Origin: Fidelibacterota bacterium
Lineage (GTDB): Bacteria > Fidelibacterota > Marinisomatia > SCGC-AAA003-L08 > GCA-002704045
Reading direction: 5' to 3'
NCBI GenBank assembly: GCA_002703375.1
Contig: NZTO01000049.1
Span: forward strand, 38,901 to 102,900
DNA: 64,000 bases
Shown here: positions 54,825 to 64,000 of the stretch, piece after piece
Layout of the letters: each line of letters starts with the position of its first letter
How positions within the stretch are numbered: the first letter of the stretch is position 1
Made by a program: the position numbers and the translations under genes
The notes under the pieces: model-generated
What the model saw: only the letters and a program-made list of their open reading frames with translations
What the model was told of the DNA's origin: nothing
Database searches by the model: none

Positions 54825-55658
54825 ATGGTTAAATTTGTGGATTGTTTTATATTTAATGATGAATTAGATTTGCTGGAATTTCGTTTTGAAGAACACGATT
54901 CTTTTACCGATCTTTTTATTTTGATAGAAAGTAAAAAAACCTTTAGCGGAAAACCCAAACCATTGTATGCGTCAGATAATATAGAAAGATTTGAACGATG
55001 GTCCCATAAACTAATCGTTTTGATAATAGATGAAAAACTTATTGAAAAAAAACATGGCTTTGGATTAGAGGAATTTAGTAGACATGTCGGTATTCAAAAA
55101 ATAAAACATCTTCTAGAAGAAAAAAAAATAGAACCAGACGATATTGTATCGGTTGTTAGTGACGTAGATGAAATATATGACGAAGATGAAATTATAAAAC
55201 TTAAAAAACCATCCGGAGAAGAAGGTGCTTTAAGTAATCCCATACGACCTCTTCTAAGATTTCACTATTATAGTTTAAAAATAGGGAGGCCATCAAATAT
55301 GAACTGGTGTCCACAAAAAAGACTAAAAATTATACGGGTTAAAGATCTAAAAGAATTTACTATAGAAGAAATACAACATAAAACTGGACCTCTTTTAGAC
55401 AAAGAAAAAATGGGGTGGCATCTTTCTTATTTTGGAGGTGTCGATATGGTAAGAAAGAAATTAAGTGAATTTTCACATTCGAGTATGAAAAGTGTACGCG
55501 AATGTATCGATAATCCAGAATTAATTCGTCAAAGAATTGAAAATAATGAAGATATATTGGGAAGAAATTGGGAGAAACTAGTTGTTATGGAACCCGAAAA
55601 AGTACCAAAAAGAATGGATCTGATTATTCTTTATCAACTTGATGCAATTTATATTTAA
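54825..55658 (+). CDS. glycosyltransferase family 17-like (bisecting GlcNAc-transferase-like)
   Basis: N-terminal CFIFNDELDLLEFRFEEHDSFTDLFILIESKKTFSGKPKPLY and later GWHLSYFGG are the hallmark GT17 blocks. Confidence 0.75.
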   Translation: MVKFVDCFIFNDELDLLEFRFEEHDSFTDLFILIESKKTFSGKPKPLYASDNIERFERWSHKLIVLIIDEKLIEKKHGFGLEEFSRHVGIQKIKHLLEEKKIEPDDIVSVVSDVDEIYDEDEIIKLKKPSGEEGALSNPIRPLLRFHYYSLKIGRPSNMNWCPQKRLKIIRVKDLKEFTIEEIQHKTGPLLDKEKMGWHLSYFGGVDMVRKKLSEFSHSSMKSVRECIDNPELIRQRIENNEDILGRNWEKLVVMEPEKVPKRMDLIILYQLDAIYI

Positions 55659-55664
55659 AATTGA
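55657..55664 (+). promoter_or_regulatory. AAAATTGA early-promoter-like box
   Basis: 31 nt upstream of ATG 55696. It overlaps the stop codon of the GT17 gene. Confidence 0.5.
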
Positions 55665-55695
55665 ACAAATAATTTTAAATATAAATTATATTTAA

Positions 55696-56109
55696 ATGGA
55701 AATACATCCAACTGCTAGACTTATTAAGCAATTAAACTTTAGAAGTTATCAACATATTACTTTCAAGAAAACCGATCAAGAAGATAAAAAACACATACAT
55801 TATGATAAATATGATAAATACGTTGAAAATTACGATAAGAGTAATCTACCGTACTTTATAGGTTATAGTTTTATCATATTTAAAAATGAATTCAATATGA
55901 AAACAGAAACCGCCGATACTATATTCATTGTAAAACTGAAAGCGGAAAAAATGCATCGATTTCCAAATACACAAAAAATCAAATTAAAAACCTTTAAAAA
56001 AAGCCCCGGTATTAATTTATATGAACCAAACTTTTTGTATTCTAAAAAAAATTATGAAAAACAAGACATCTTTGATATGTATTGTAATGGAGATTATTAT
56101 AAAATGTAA
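55696..56109 (+). CDS. hypothetical protein (137 aa)
   Basis: ATG ORF preceded by an AAAATTGA box 31 nt upstream. Confidence 0.5.
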   Translation: MEIHPTARLIKQLNFRSYQHITFKKTDQEDKKHIHYDKYDKYVENYDKSNLPYFIGYSFIIFKNEFNMKTETADTIFIVKLKAEKMHRFPNTQKIKLKTFKKSPGINLYEPNFLYSKKNYEKQDIFDMYCNGDYYKM

Positions 56110-56116
56110 TATATAT

Positions 56117-56617
56117 ATGAAAAAATTTATATTTGATTTAGATGATACACTATATTCCCCAATAGAACATGAAAGCAGAGATAAAGATTTCTATAAAAAT
56201 TTAAAAAAAGATAAGCGACTAACAGATTTACTTAAAAAAACAAAAGAAAATTACATATTTACAAATGGAAACAAATATCATATGGAGGAATGTATAAAAA
56301 GAATGAAATTGAAATCATTGTTTAAGGGATATAGTTATAGTGATCTTTTTAGAGGAAAATACAAACCCCATATTCTTCCATATATCATAACCTTAGAACG
56401 ATTTAAACTTAATAAAAACGATTTTATTTTTTATTTTGAAGACCTAGCCGACAATTTAAAAACAGGAAAAAAATTGGGGTGGATTACTATTTTCATAGAT
56501 CACGAAAATAAAATGCGCCAAAAACCTAAATATATAGACATGGTATTTAATAATATATATGATGCAATCGAAACATGTTTATCCCTAAAAATAAGTATAA
56601 CTAAGAATAGTAATTGA
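56117..56617 (+). CDS. HAD-superfamily hydrolase (pyrimidine 5-prime-nucleotidase/SDT1-like)
   Basis: Motif [11 protein letters not shown] at the N-terminus when started at ATG 56117 (the track ORF begins at 56021 and overlaps the previous gene). Also FTNGN (motif II), KP (motif III Lys) and FFEDLADN (motif IV). Confidence 0.7.
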   Translation: MKKFIFDLDDTLYSPIEHESRDKDFYKNLKKDKRLTDLLKKTKENYIFTNGNKYHMEECIKRMKLKSLFKGYSYSDLFRGKYKPHILPYIITLERFKLNKNDFIFYFEDLADNLKTGKKLGWITIFIDHENKMRQKPKYIDMVFNNIYDAIETCLSLKISITKNSN

Positions 56618-57650
56618 AGTTAACATCACAATCACTTTCAACCATTTCTTTTATTAACATATTAAAATCGTATTTCGGTTTCCAGTTCAACAATGTTCTT
56701 GCCTTTGTAGAGTCCCCTAGTAATTCATCTACCTCAGCAGGCCTAAAATATTTATCAGATACGTATATTAATACTCTACCACTATTTTTATCAATACCTA
56801 CTTCGTTTAAACCTTCTCCATTCCATTCTATATCAATACCCTTCATTTTGAATGATTTTTCTATAAACTCACGAACCGAATGAAATTCATTTGTTGATAG
56901 TACAAAATCATCAGGAGTATCATGTTGTAGTATTTTCCACATTCCCTCCACATAATCTTTTGCGTGACCCCAATCCCGTTTTGCATCTAGATTTCCTACT
57001 ATTAAACGATCGCGCTCTCCTGTTAATATCATTCTTAAACCTCTAGTAATCTTTCTAGTAATAAATGTTGGACCTCTTCGAGAACTTTCATGATTAAATA
57101 GAATACCATTCGAGGCAAACATACCATATGCTTCGCGGTAATTTTTTGTTATCCAATATCCATACAGTTTAGCCACTCCATAAGGAGAACGCGGATGAAA
57201 TGGTGTGGTTTCCGTTTGTGGAACTTCTTGAACCATACCATACAACTCTGATGAAGATGCCTGATAAAATTTACACTTATCCGTTAAACCCGAACTTCTT
57301 ATTGCATCTAATAATCTTAATACTCCAACTCCGGTAGTATCTGCTGTATATTCTGGCATCTCAAAAGAAACCTTCACATGACTCATTGCTGCTAGATTAT
57401 ACACCTCTAGTAATTCAAATGATTCCTTCTGTTTTATCTCACACATAATATGTAATAAATTTGTACTATCCGATAAATCCCCGTATTTTAAAATTAAATT
57501 ATTATTTTCATATAAGTGCTCAATTCTTCTCGTATTGATATTTGATGTCCTTCTTATCAACCCCCAGACCTGATAATCTTTTTCTAATAAGAATTCTGTC
57601 AAATAAGAACCATCTTGACCGGTTATTCCTGTTATAAACGCTACTTTCAT
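56601..57650 (-). CDS. gmd: GDP-mannose 4,6-dehydratase
   Basis: [47 protein letters not shown], the catalytic region SSSELYG ... SPYGVAKLY, and NHESSRRG give full-length collinearity with GMD. Confidence 0.92.
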   Translation of the reverse strand: MKVAFITGITGQDGSYLTEFLLEKDYQVWGLIRRTSNINTRRIEHLYENNNLILKYGDLSDSTNLLHIMCEIKQKESFELLEVYNLAAMSHVKVSFEMPEYTADTTGVGVLRLLDAIRSSGLTDKCKFYQASSSELYGMVQEVPQTETTPFHPRSPYGVAKLYGYWITKNYREAYGMFASNGILFNHESSRRGPTFITRKITRGLRMILTGERDRLIVGNLDAKRDWGHAKDYVEGMWKILQHDTPDDFVLSTNEFHSVREFIEKSFKMKGIDIEWNGEGLNEVGIDKNSGRVLIYVSDKYFRPAEVDELLGDSTKARTLLNWKPKYDFNMLIKEMVESDCDVNFNYYS

Positions 57651-57690
57651 TTATATATAGATTATAATACTCGAAATATTTTTATATTAA

Positions 57691-57754
57691 ATATTAATTT
57701 ATCATATTAATTTATCATATTAATTTATCATATTAATTTATCATATTAATTTTA
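57691..57754. repeat. 13-nt AT-rich tandem repeat (atattaatttatc), about 4.9 copies
   Basis: Perfect copies start at 57691, 57704, 57717 and 57730, with a partial copy at 57743. The repeat spans the stop codon of the AAA ATPase gene and lies upstream of gmd. Confidence 0.9.
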
Positions 57755-58718
57755 TTTTTGAATTTAATTCAAATGTTACATGTAATCTTCCCTTTCTTAA
57801 ATAAGAGACATCAAGATTGTCTAATTCTCTTTTTGTTCTATTGCTACATAAAATAACAATCAAATTTGGATAAAGCCCCATATCTATTTTATCAAAAAAA
57901 AGATTCCAACTGGGTTTATCAGATATTTGAATAGGATACTTTTTATGTTTTAATATACGATTTTCATACACATTTTGAATAATGTTGTCTACCTCATCCA
58001 GCAAAATAATTAAAGGCTCATCATTTGTAGGTGCGATTTTCGAATATAAATTCGCAAGAGATTCACCAGGTTCCGTAGGATTAAACGAATCACAAAAACA
58101 AGCAGATAACGATTTCGCAAGTAAATAAGATAACATTGTCTTACCAGAGCCAGGCTTTCCATAAATAAAACACGTCAAAAATCCCTTTCTCTTGAAGTTC
58201 TCCGTAATTGAATTAGAAATCACTCTCTGTTCTTGTGTATACTCTTTATCTATAATAACTTTCCTTGACGTGTAAAAAAAATATTCATAATTACCACCTC
58301 GTGTATAATATTTGATTTCGTTATTTATTTTTTTTTCTTCAACGCTATGTGGTATATTTTTTTGTATTTTTACTGAATTAGATGCTGAAATCAACCTTTC
58401 TTTCACACTTTCTGTGCAAAATATAGACATTGTTCTTTCATAATCATCTCCATATACCCATATAATATATCTAGGAATCCACGCCTTATTGATAATTAAT
58501 CCAATTGGATTACCTTGTTCTGTATAACTAGAACAAAAATCACTTTTTATATTATTTGAGATATAATTCGCATTCTCTTCACTTTTCATGCGATACATAT
58601 TTATTTTTAATAAAATGGAAACTAAAAACATAACATATGGACCTGTTATATTAATAAAATTTTGTGACATAGATAAAACTCCCAAAATTATAGCAAATCC
58701 ATAGTTATTATCTAGCAT
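57741..58718 (-). CDS. AAA-family ATPase with N-terminal membrane anchor
   Basis: Walker A IYGKPGSGKTML, Walker B PLIILLDEVD, sensor-1 ILCSNR, and LRKGRLHV (Arg-finger region). Two N-terminal hydrophobic helices give a BCS1-like layout. Confidence 0.75.
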   Translation of the reverse strand: MLDNNYGFAIILGVLSMSQNFINITGPYVMFLVSILLKINMYRMKSEENANYISNNIKSDFCSSYTEQGNPIGLIINKAWIPRYIIWVYGDDYERTMSIFCTESVKERLISASNSVKIQKNIPHSVEEKKINNEIKYYTRGGNYEYFFYTSRKVIIDKEYTQEQRVISNSITENFKRKGFLTCFIYGKPGSGKTMLSYLLAKSLSACFCDSFNPTEPGESLANLYSKIAPTNDEPLIILLDEVDNIIQNVYENRILKHKKYPIQISDKPSWNLFFDKIDMGLYPNLIVILCSNRTKRELDNLDVSYLRKGRLHVTFELNSKIKLI

Positions 58719-58820
58719 AATGTAATATTATTCTAATACAATTATTTAAATAGATTTTAAATAATAAATAATGAAACTTTTGTTCTTTCCAGATTTTTGC
58801 CACTTCATAAATTGGTATCA

Positions 58821-59453
58821 TCAAGTATTACAGCCAAATACATATTTTCCCCAACTCATACCTCGTCCCTTATCAAAATCTTCTCTTCCTTCTTCGATTA
58901 CCTCATTTTTCTCCAAAGCATCACTCCAAACCTTCGTTGGATACTCATTCCAATACCTTTTAAGGCTATCCGAATAACACGTATCATCAAATAAAACAAT
59001 CGTATTCTCGTGTGCTAATTTTTTACAATTTTCCAAATCTAATTTTGGAATTGGTTCCCAATGTGCACCATCTATAAATATTAAATCAAATTTTTTATCA
59101 GGATTTCGCTTAATATAATTTGGAATACTCCACTCACTTTCCCCAATTACTATATTTAATCTATCGGGATAATTGTAATCCAAATATCTTTTACCAAATC
59201 GTAAATTATTTCTTATAATTGAAAAACTATGCACATTATTTTCAGGCTTTGCTTTTAAAAATACCTCTGCAGAATGACCACAATTAAACCCAATCTCCAT
59301 TATATTTGTAATCTCAGGCTGTGATGCATAGTGCTTCAATATTTCAACCTGTCTTCCCATCTGTTGACAAAATCCCTCTATCGGCTTTATATCATAATGG
59401 TCTAAAAATTCATCCAATGTGGGAAAATCGTACCTATTCATAACTATATTCAT
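58821..59453 (-). CDS. class I SAM-dependent methyltransferase
   Basis: Motif I-like IMEIGFNCGHSAEVF and FDLIFIDGAHW, typical of the O-methyltransferase / Methyltransf_24-like group. Confidence 0.6.
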   Translation of the reverse strand: MNIVMNRYDFPTLDEFLDHYDIKPIEGFCQQMGRQVEILKHYASQPEITNIMEIGFNCGHSAEVFLKAKPENNVHSFSIIRNNLRFGKRYLDYNYPDRLNIVIGESEWSIPNYIKRNPDKKFDLIFIDGAHWEPIPKLDLENCKKLAHENTIVLFDDTCYSDSLKRYWNEYPTKVWSDALEKNEVIEEGREDFDKGRGMSWGKYVFGCNT

Positions 59454-59511
59454 TTATACATTACTATTCACCCTTTTTTAAAATACTTTTTACAAGATAG
59501 TTTAGAATGTA

Positions 59512-60438
59512 TTAAGAACGATAATTGATTAAAAGATCTTTATTTTCGCGCTTACAATACTGATACATTCCCGTCCTATATTCTCCATATTTATCGTAAT
59601 CATATATATGAAACTGTATATCATTTATCATAAGGTCCTGTTTCTTCTTAAATAAAGTCTTTGTCCACCAGTTCATGGTTGCATTTAATCGATTAAAAAA
59701 ATAAGAAGGAACATAAACGTTCTTTATAGTATCGCTTAGTTGTATTACAAAAGGACAGAGAGATGACTGACATGGAACATAATGCTTTGCTCCAATTAAA
59801 TAATCAAAATCCTTCTTGAAATTGTAACCATTTTTCTTTGTTCTACCATCATTCAACCACTGAATTGCATTGTATTTCTCTACTAAAATTGGAAATAAAG
59901 GATTCATTGGATCCCTTTCTGTTATTACATAAATATCATTCCATGAACCGGATTCAATTACTTTTTCATAAAATTCTAAGGGTGGTTGTATCATTTCAGG
60001 GTTGCCACCAACCATAATATCACCGCTTCTTAAATGGATCAATAAATCTTTATCTCCAAGAATTTTAGGCGATATTTTCATGATGGGCTTTATATATTTT
60101 TGAACATATGTAATACGTTCCTTAAAATCCAAACCTATTTGTCTATATAATCTATCCAAAGATAATTGAATTATTTCCTTATTTTCATTTTCATTTTCAT
60201 TTTCATTTTCATTTTTATTTTTATTTTCATTTTTATGTTGTTCATTTATTTTTATTACAAATTCCTTGAAAAAATCATTGAGTAAAGTTTTATTTATTTC
60301 TGGAGAAGAAGACCAATGAATACAAGAAAAATCTAATTGTTCCATTTTACGTTTCTCTGCCAATAAAATACCATTTAATAAACAAATAATAAAATTACCA
60401 GTTCGACCACAACCTTTAATTAGTTTTAATTCTTTCAT
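59512..60438 (-). CDS. putative fucosyltransferase-superfamily glycosyltransferase
   Basis: N-terminal GCGRTGNFIICLLNGILLA (GRxGN box) and LIHLRSGD (HxRxGD box) are the two motifs shared by the GT11/23/65/68 fucosyltransferases. It also contains an (NE)n low-complexity insert. Confidence 0.45.
   Translation of the reverse strand: MKELKLIKGCGRTGNFIICLLNGILLAEKRKMEQLDFSCIHWSSSPEINKTLLNDFFKEFVIKINEQHKNENKNKNENENENENENKEIIQLSLDRLYRQIGLDFKERITYVQKYIKPIMKISPKILGDKDLLIHLRSGDIMVGGNPEMIQPPLEFYEKVIESGSWNDIYVITERDPMNPLFPILVEKYNAIQWLNDGRTKKNGYNFKKDFDYLIGAKHYVPCQSSLCPFVIQLSDTIKNVYVPSYFFNRLNATMNWWTKTLFKKKQDLMINDIQFHIYDYDKYGEYRTGMYQYCKRENKDLLINYRS
60181..60246. repeat. hexanucleotide repeat (attttc/attttt)n, coding
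   Basis: attttc x5, then attttt/attttc variants. On the minus strand it encodes NENKNKNENENENENENK in ORF 59512..60438. Confidence 0.85.
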
Positions 60439-60460
60439 TTATATATTATTCCTTATATAA

Positions 60461-61750
60461 ATGGAACATACTAACGATTTATCTTGTTGTGATACAAAAT
60501 CAGAAGTTGAGAACAAAAAAGAAGCCCTAGATATTGTAAAATCAATCTCTGAAAATATGGGTGAAACCGTGATAACCAACTTATCTAAAACTAAAGATAC
60601 CACAGTAACAGAAGAAGATGACAAAATGAAAACAGATGCTGAAATAAAAGAACTGTCCTCTCTTTTTAATAAAGAACCAACAACAAAATCACAATCTCAT
60701 AGAAAACAGGTTTTATCTAAAAAAATAAATCCAAAGGTTAATACTTTACTTGCTAAAAAACCAAAGCCGGTACCTCAACATAAACCATTGCCAATTCATA
60801 GATCAAATACTGATTCATCTAAAAATTTACCACCTCCTCCACCTAAAGGTGACGCCCCTAAACTTGAATTCGACCCAAATAAAAAAACTTCCAAACCAGT
60901 TCTAAAAAAGTTACCCACAACTACTATACAAAAACCCCAGGGAAAAAAAGAATTAGTCTTTGTTCTTAGAGGTCACATTCGTGACGCCTTTGATGATAAC
61001 TCTAAAATTAAAGATTTTGTAAAATTATTAAGCCAAAAATATAATATTGTCATCTATGTTCACACGTGGAACAAAAAAGAATGCAAAAAAACGTGGAGAC
61101 ATGAAGCCTCTATGTACAGTTGGAAAAAAACACCTGAAGAATTAAAGGTTACTAAGGATACTGTAATGGAATATTTTAGTGATTTTAAACATCTCATCAA
61201 AAAAATCTCTCTGGAAGATGAAGAACTTGTTAAACTAAATGGTCGCACTGAAGGACAACTTACTAAAATATGCACCATGCCAACAAAAAGTTGGAAATAC
61301 TTTGTTCATAACTTATATACCAGTCTAACCGAAATATTACCTGAAGACCGTCACAAAACTATATTCTCTTTGCGACTAGATATGATTCAAACCCGACTCT
61401 TCAGCACCTGGCATGGATTTAATCACGATAATATGCTTGATTCATTCTTTAAAATATGCTGCAGTTATATAGACCGTTCCAATCTAAAATACAAATGGTG
61501 CAAAATGCAATCTATCGGTGGAAGCAGTTCCGGGTATGATAATGCCCTCTTAGGAGAATTTGACTACCTCGAAAGAATATTCCATCTTCTTGAAATGAAA
61601 TTGGATGATGTTCTTGTAAAATGCGCAGAACAATGCGACAGCAGAAACCAAGAAATTTTTGTGGAGAGATTGAGAGATAAACTTATTCATAATATCAACT
61701 ATTTTAACTTCATTTTTACCGGGGAACAGCCCCCAAAATTAAAATCATAG
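60461..61750 (+). CDS. hypothetical protein with Lys/Pro-rich N-terminal region (429 aa)
   Basis: Long ORF diverging from the putative glycosyltransferase. The C-terminal 260 aa look globular (VFVLRGHIRDAFDD...IYVHTWNKKE) but I cannot assign them. Confidence 0.55.
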   Translation: MEHTNDLSCCDTKSEVENKKEALDIVKSISENMGETVITNLSKTKDTTVTEEDDKMKTDAEIKELSSLFNKEPTTKSQSHRKQVLSKKINPKVNTLLAKKPKPVPQHKPLPIHRSNTDSSKNLPPPPPKGDAPKLEFDPNKKTSKPVLKKLPTTTIQKPQGKKELVFVLRGHIRDAFDDNSKIKDFVKLLSQKYNIVIYVHTWNKKECKKTWRHEASMYSWKKTPEELKVTKDTVMEYFSDFKHLIKKISLEDEELVKLNGRTEGQLTKICTMPTKSWKYFVHNLYTSLTEILPEDRHKTIFSLRLDMIQTRLFSTWHGFNHDNMLDSFFKICCSYIDRSNLKYKWCKMQSIGGSSSGYDNALLGEFDYLERIFHLLEMKLDDVLVKCAEQCDSRNQEIFVERLRDKLIHNINYFNFIFTGEQPPKLKS

Positions 61751-61846
61751 CATGTTGTAATATCACGATATACATAATGTTAGTAATATACTTATATTTA
61801 GCATAGTCAAACTTTTATTACCGGATTAAAATATATTGATATATAT

Positions 61847-63940
61847 ATGCGTTTTGAAGAAGGAGGAGGAAGAAAAAAAGAATGGGAGTGTACATTAAAA
61901 AATAATAAACCTATGTATGTAAATGCTAAAAAAGGTATAGAACATCCTATATTTTTAAATAAAAAATTACGACCAACCTATAGAAACAAAAATGGTATCG
62001 TAATGGAAGCAAAAGATTGCCCACAAGAATATAATGCATTATTAAAGAGTGAATCAAAAAAGACTCTGAAAACAAATCAATTGACCCTAAAAAGTAATCG
62101 ATTGGAAAATATGGTTAAAAAAACATTGGAAAAAAAAATAGTATTAAATAAAAAATCGCCATCACTGACACTATCTCAAAAGAAAACATCTCTGCCTAAA
62201 CCTAATAAACTTATTATTGGCGAGTATATTGATAAACTCAAAAAGGGTGAACCATTACCCAGAAATAAAACGGTAAAAAAACTTACAAAATTTTGCAAAC
62301 TTGCAAGTAAAAAAAACGCATTTGTATATACCACAAAAGAAGTTATAAAGCCAACCAAAAAACCCAAGACTCCTACACCTACTAAGACAAAGAGCCCTAC
62401 AATGAATCCAAATGCAAAGACATTTATACCACAAGTGAAAATTCCCACGCCTAAATCCAAGAATCCTACTCCCAAAGCAAAAACCTCCAAGCTTCGCAAT
62501 TCTTTCTTTGGTAGTCCTCCTAAAGCAAAAATACCCGCGCCTAAACCTAAAACACAATCACCAGTCTCACAAGTTAAACAACCTTGTGGAAACGGTAAAC
62601 GATGTAAAAAAGGTACAAAATGTAATAAAAAAACAGGTTTCTGCATACCTATGGGTTCAAATAAAACTGCAAAGAAAACGCAACCAGTAACAAAGCGTGT
62701 AAGTGACAGCTTGCAAATCATGCAATATCAAGAAGAAGAGTTAAAAGAACTTGGATTAAAAAAAAACGACTTCTATGAGGATGTCTGCCTTGTATTAAAA
62801 AATATACGCAAAAAACTGCATACCCCAGGAGAAAAACAAAAAGAGGAAGAATGGTCGAGTAATAAATTAGTAAAAATGCATGACTTAGTGCCTCATACAC
62901 GAGATAAAAAAGGAAAATTAATTAAAGGAAATAACGTTCATCGAGAACAATATTTAGGTGATAAAGAAATTAAATTTACACATATTTTAGGGAAGGGTGG
63001 ATATGGTAGAATTCATGGAGGAACCTACGGTGGTAGACCATGTGCTATCAAAGAATCTCTCGATTCTATGGATAGTCGTATAGATATAGAGGATTATTAT
63101 GGTGAAATTATAAAACAAAATGAATTATTTTGTCAAGCCCATCGTGCTAAATTAAATCAACCTAAATATGCTAAGATACCTAAACCCTTATTCATTGCAA
63201 ATATGGATAAAACTCCACTACTTGGCATGGAACCCTTAGACGATTCCTTATATAATTTTATTAAAAAATCAAAAGCTCCTTCTACAATAAAAGAGGATAT
63301 CATTACACATAAGCGAAAGATGACAAAGGTCATTACTGATATGTTTGAATGTATATGTAATACCCTTATTTATCTTCAAGAAAAATATGATTTTTATCAT
63401 AGAGATATGCACTGCGGAAACATTATGTATCGCAAAAGCGGTGAGACTTACCAATGGTTTTTAATTGATTTTGGAATGTCGACATTTAAATTGCACGATT
63501 ATAGATTCAGTAATGATGGAGCTGGGCCTTATGGTAAATTCAATAGTGAATTAATAAAAACTGGTTATGGGAAAGGTCGAAAAGGACATGACTTGCGATT
63601 AACCCTTTTATTTATGTTTGAATTGATAGAAGACAACCTTGATAAAATGATACTACCAGAAGCGTTCAATATTTTAAATGCTATATATATTAAAATAAAA
63701 AATGATATTCGAAAGAATTCTATAGGTAACAGTCCTGTATTCTGGCATCGTGGTTATAAAGATGCATTTAATAATCTTATTACCAGAGAAACCGAGCCAA
63801 AGGTATTTCTAGCAGAAACAATACCACAACTTCGGCAGATCATTTTGAACAACCGTAATCCCGCTATTTCTTTAAAATCAAAAAACAAACCGAAAAAAGA
63901 ATTTATATTTGTTGAAAGAAAAGAAGGTAAAAAAAAATAG
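61847..63940 (+). CDS. serine/threonine protein kinase with Lys/Pro-rich repeat N-terminus
   Basis: Gly-loop LGKGGYGRIHGG, AIKES (VAIK Lys), HRDMHCGNIMY (HRD/N), LIDFGMS (DFG). N-terminal PTPK/PKxK repeats and the small Cys knot CGNGKRCKKGTKCNKKTGFC. Confidence 0.85.
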   Translation: MRFEEGGGRKKEWECTLKNNKPMYVNAKKGIEHPIFLNKKLRPTYRNKNGIVMEAKDCPQEYNALLKSESKKTLKTNQLTLKSNRLENMVKKTLEKKIVLNKKSPSLTLSQKKTSLPKPNKLIIGEYIDKLKKGEPLPRNKTVKKLTKFCKLASKKNAFVYTTKEVIKPTKKPKTPTPTKTKSPTMNPNAKTFIPQVKIPTPKSKNPTPKAKTSKLRNSFFGSPPKAKIPAPKPKTQSPVSQVKQPCGNGKRCKKGTKCNKKTGFCIPMGSNKTAKKTQPVTKRVSDSLQIMQYQEEELKELGLKKNDFYEDVCLVLKNIRKKLHTPGEKQKEEEWSSNKLVKMHDLVPHTRDKKGKLIKGNNVHREQYLGDKEIKFTHILGKGGYGRIHGGTYGGRPCAIKESLDSMDSRIDIEDYYGEIIKQNELFCQAHRAKLNQPKYAKIPKPLFIANMDKTPLLGMEPLDDSLYNFIKKSKAPSTIKEDIITHKRKMTKVITDMFECICNTLIYLQEKYDFYHRDMHCGNIMYRKSGETYQWFLIDFGMSTFKLHDYRFSNDGAGPYGKFNSELIKTGYGKGRKGHDLRLTLLFMFELIEDNLDKMILPEAFNILNAIYIKIKNDIRKNSIGNSPVFWHRGYKDAFNNLITRETEPKVFLAETIPQLRQIILNNRNPAISLKSKNKPKKEFIFVERKEGKKK

Positions 63941-64000
63941 ATAAATATTTAAATAAGTATAAACTTAAATACTTATTTAAATGAATATATATGTCAAAAA

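Noticed and set aside
57691-57754. Whether the 13-nt repeat, or any other repeat here, is a CRISPR array.
   Set aside because: The units are directly abutting with no spacers, they are far shorter than CRISPR repeats, and no cas genes are present.
62176-62721. 181-aa and 100-aa minus-strand ORFs, and a 60-aa plus-strand ORF, inside the kinase gene.
   Set aside because: They are antisense to the Lys/Pro-rich repeat region of the 697-aa kinase. Their peptides are low-complexity Gly/Phe/Leu/Val sequences typical of the complement of Lys/Pro codons.

Overview
This window is an AT-rich, densely packed segment of a nucleocytoplasmic large DNA virus (giant virus) genome. It holds about 70 protein-coding ORFs on both strands with very short spacers; I saw no rRNA, tRNA, CRISPR array or transposase/integrase. 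Gene content points to an alga- or protist-infecting Mimiviridae-like (Imitervirales) lineage. Viral hallmark genes: NCLDV double-jelly-roll major capsid protein (11680..13251), A32-type packaging ATPase, VLTF3 late transcription factor, RNA polymerase RPB3/RPB11 fusion subunit, RFC small subunit, an SF2 helicase, a poly(A)-polymerase-like nucleotidyltransferase, and a long minus-strand block of probable virion proteins (18986..27901). Accessory genes I can recognise: ubiquitin, cathepsin-L-like protease, asparagine synthetase, dCMP deaminase, class II aldolase, GDP-mannose 4,6-dehydratase inside a glycan-synthesis cluster, a RING protein, a triple 2OG/prolyl-hydroxylase protein, a TTL-like ATP-grasp enzyme and two kinase-like proteins. 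The most unusual content is a pair of bacterial/organelle-type genes in a eukaryotic virus. One is a compact sigma-70-family factor with regions 2 and 4 (46641..47207). The other is a ClpP serine protease (29117..29872). Both carry an N-terminal hydrophobic presequence followed by an aromatic residue, and ClpP also has a twin-arginine-like motif. I interpret this, as a hypothesis only, as virus-encoded factors aimed at the host plastid or another organelle. Other items worth a second look: a single-repeat SemiSWEET/PQ-loop protein; an AHH/HNH toxin-type nuclease domain; sharp GC-rich islands in the AT-rich background (the capsid gene, a MORN mini-gene, a 30-nt coding repeat); an in-frame TAG followed by a 67-codon open GC-rich extension; an AAAATTGA box placed 30-38 nt upstream of seven start codons; perfect intergenic hairpins at gene 3-prime ends; and a decayed tandem paralog fragment. 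All functional calls rest on motifs read by eye. No database search was possible.
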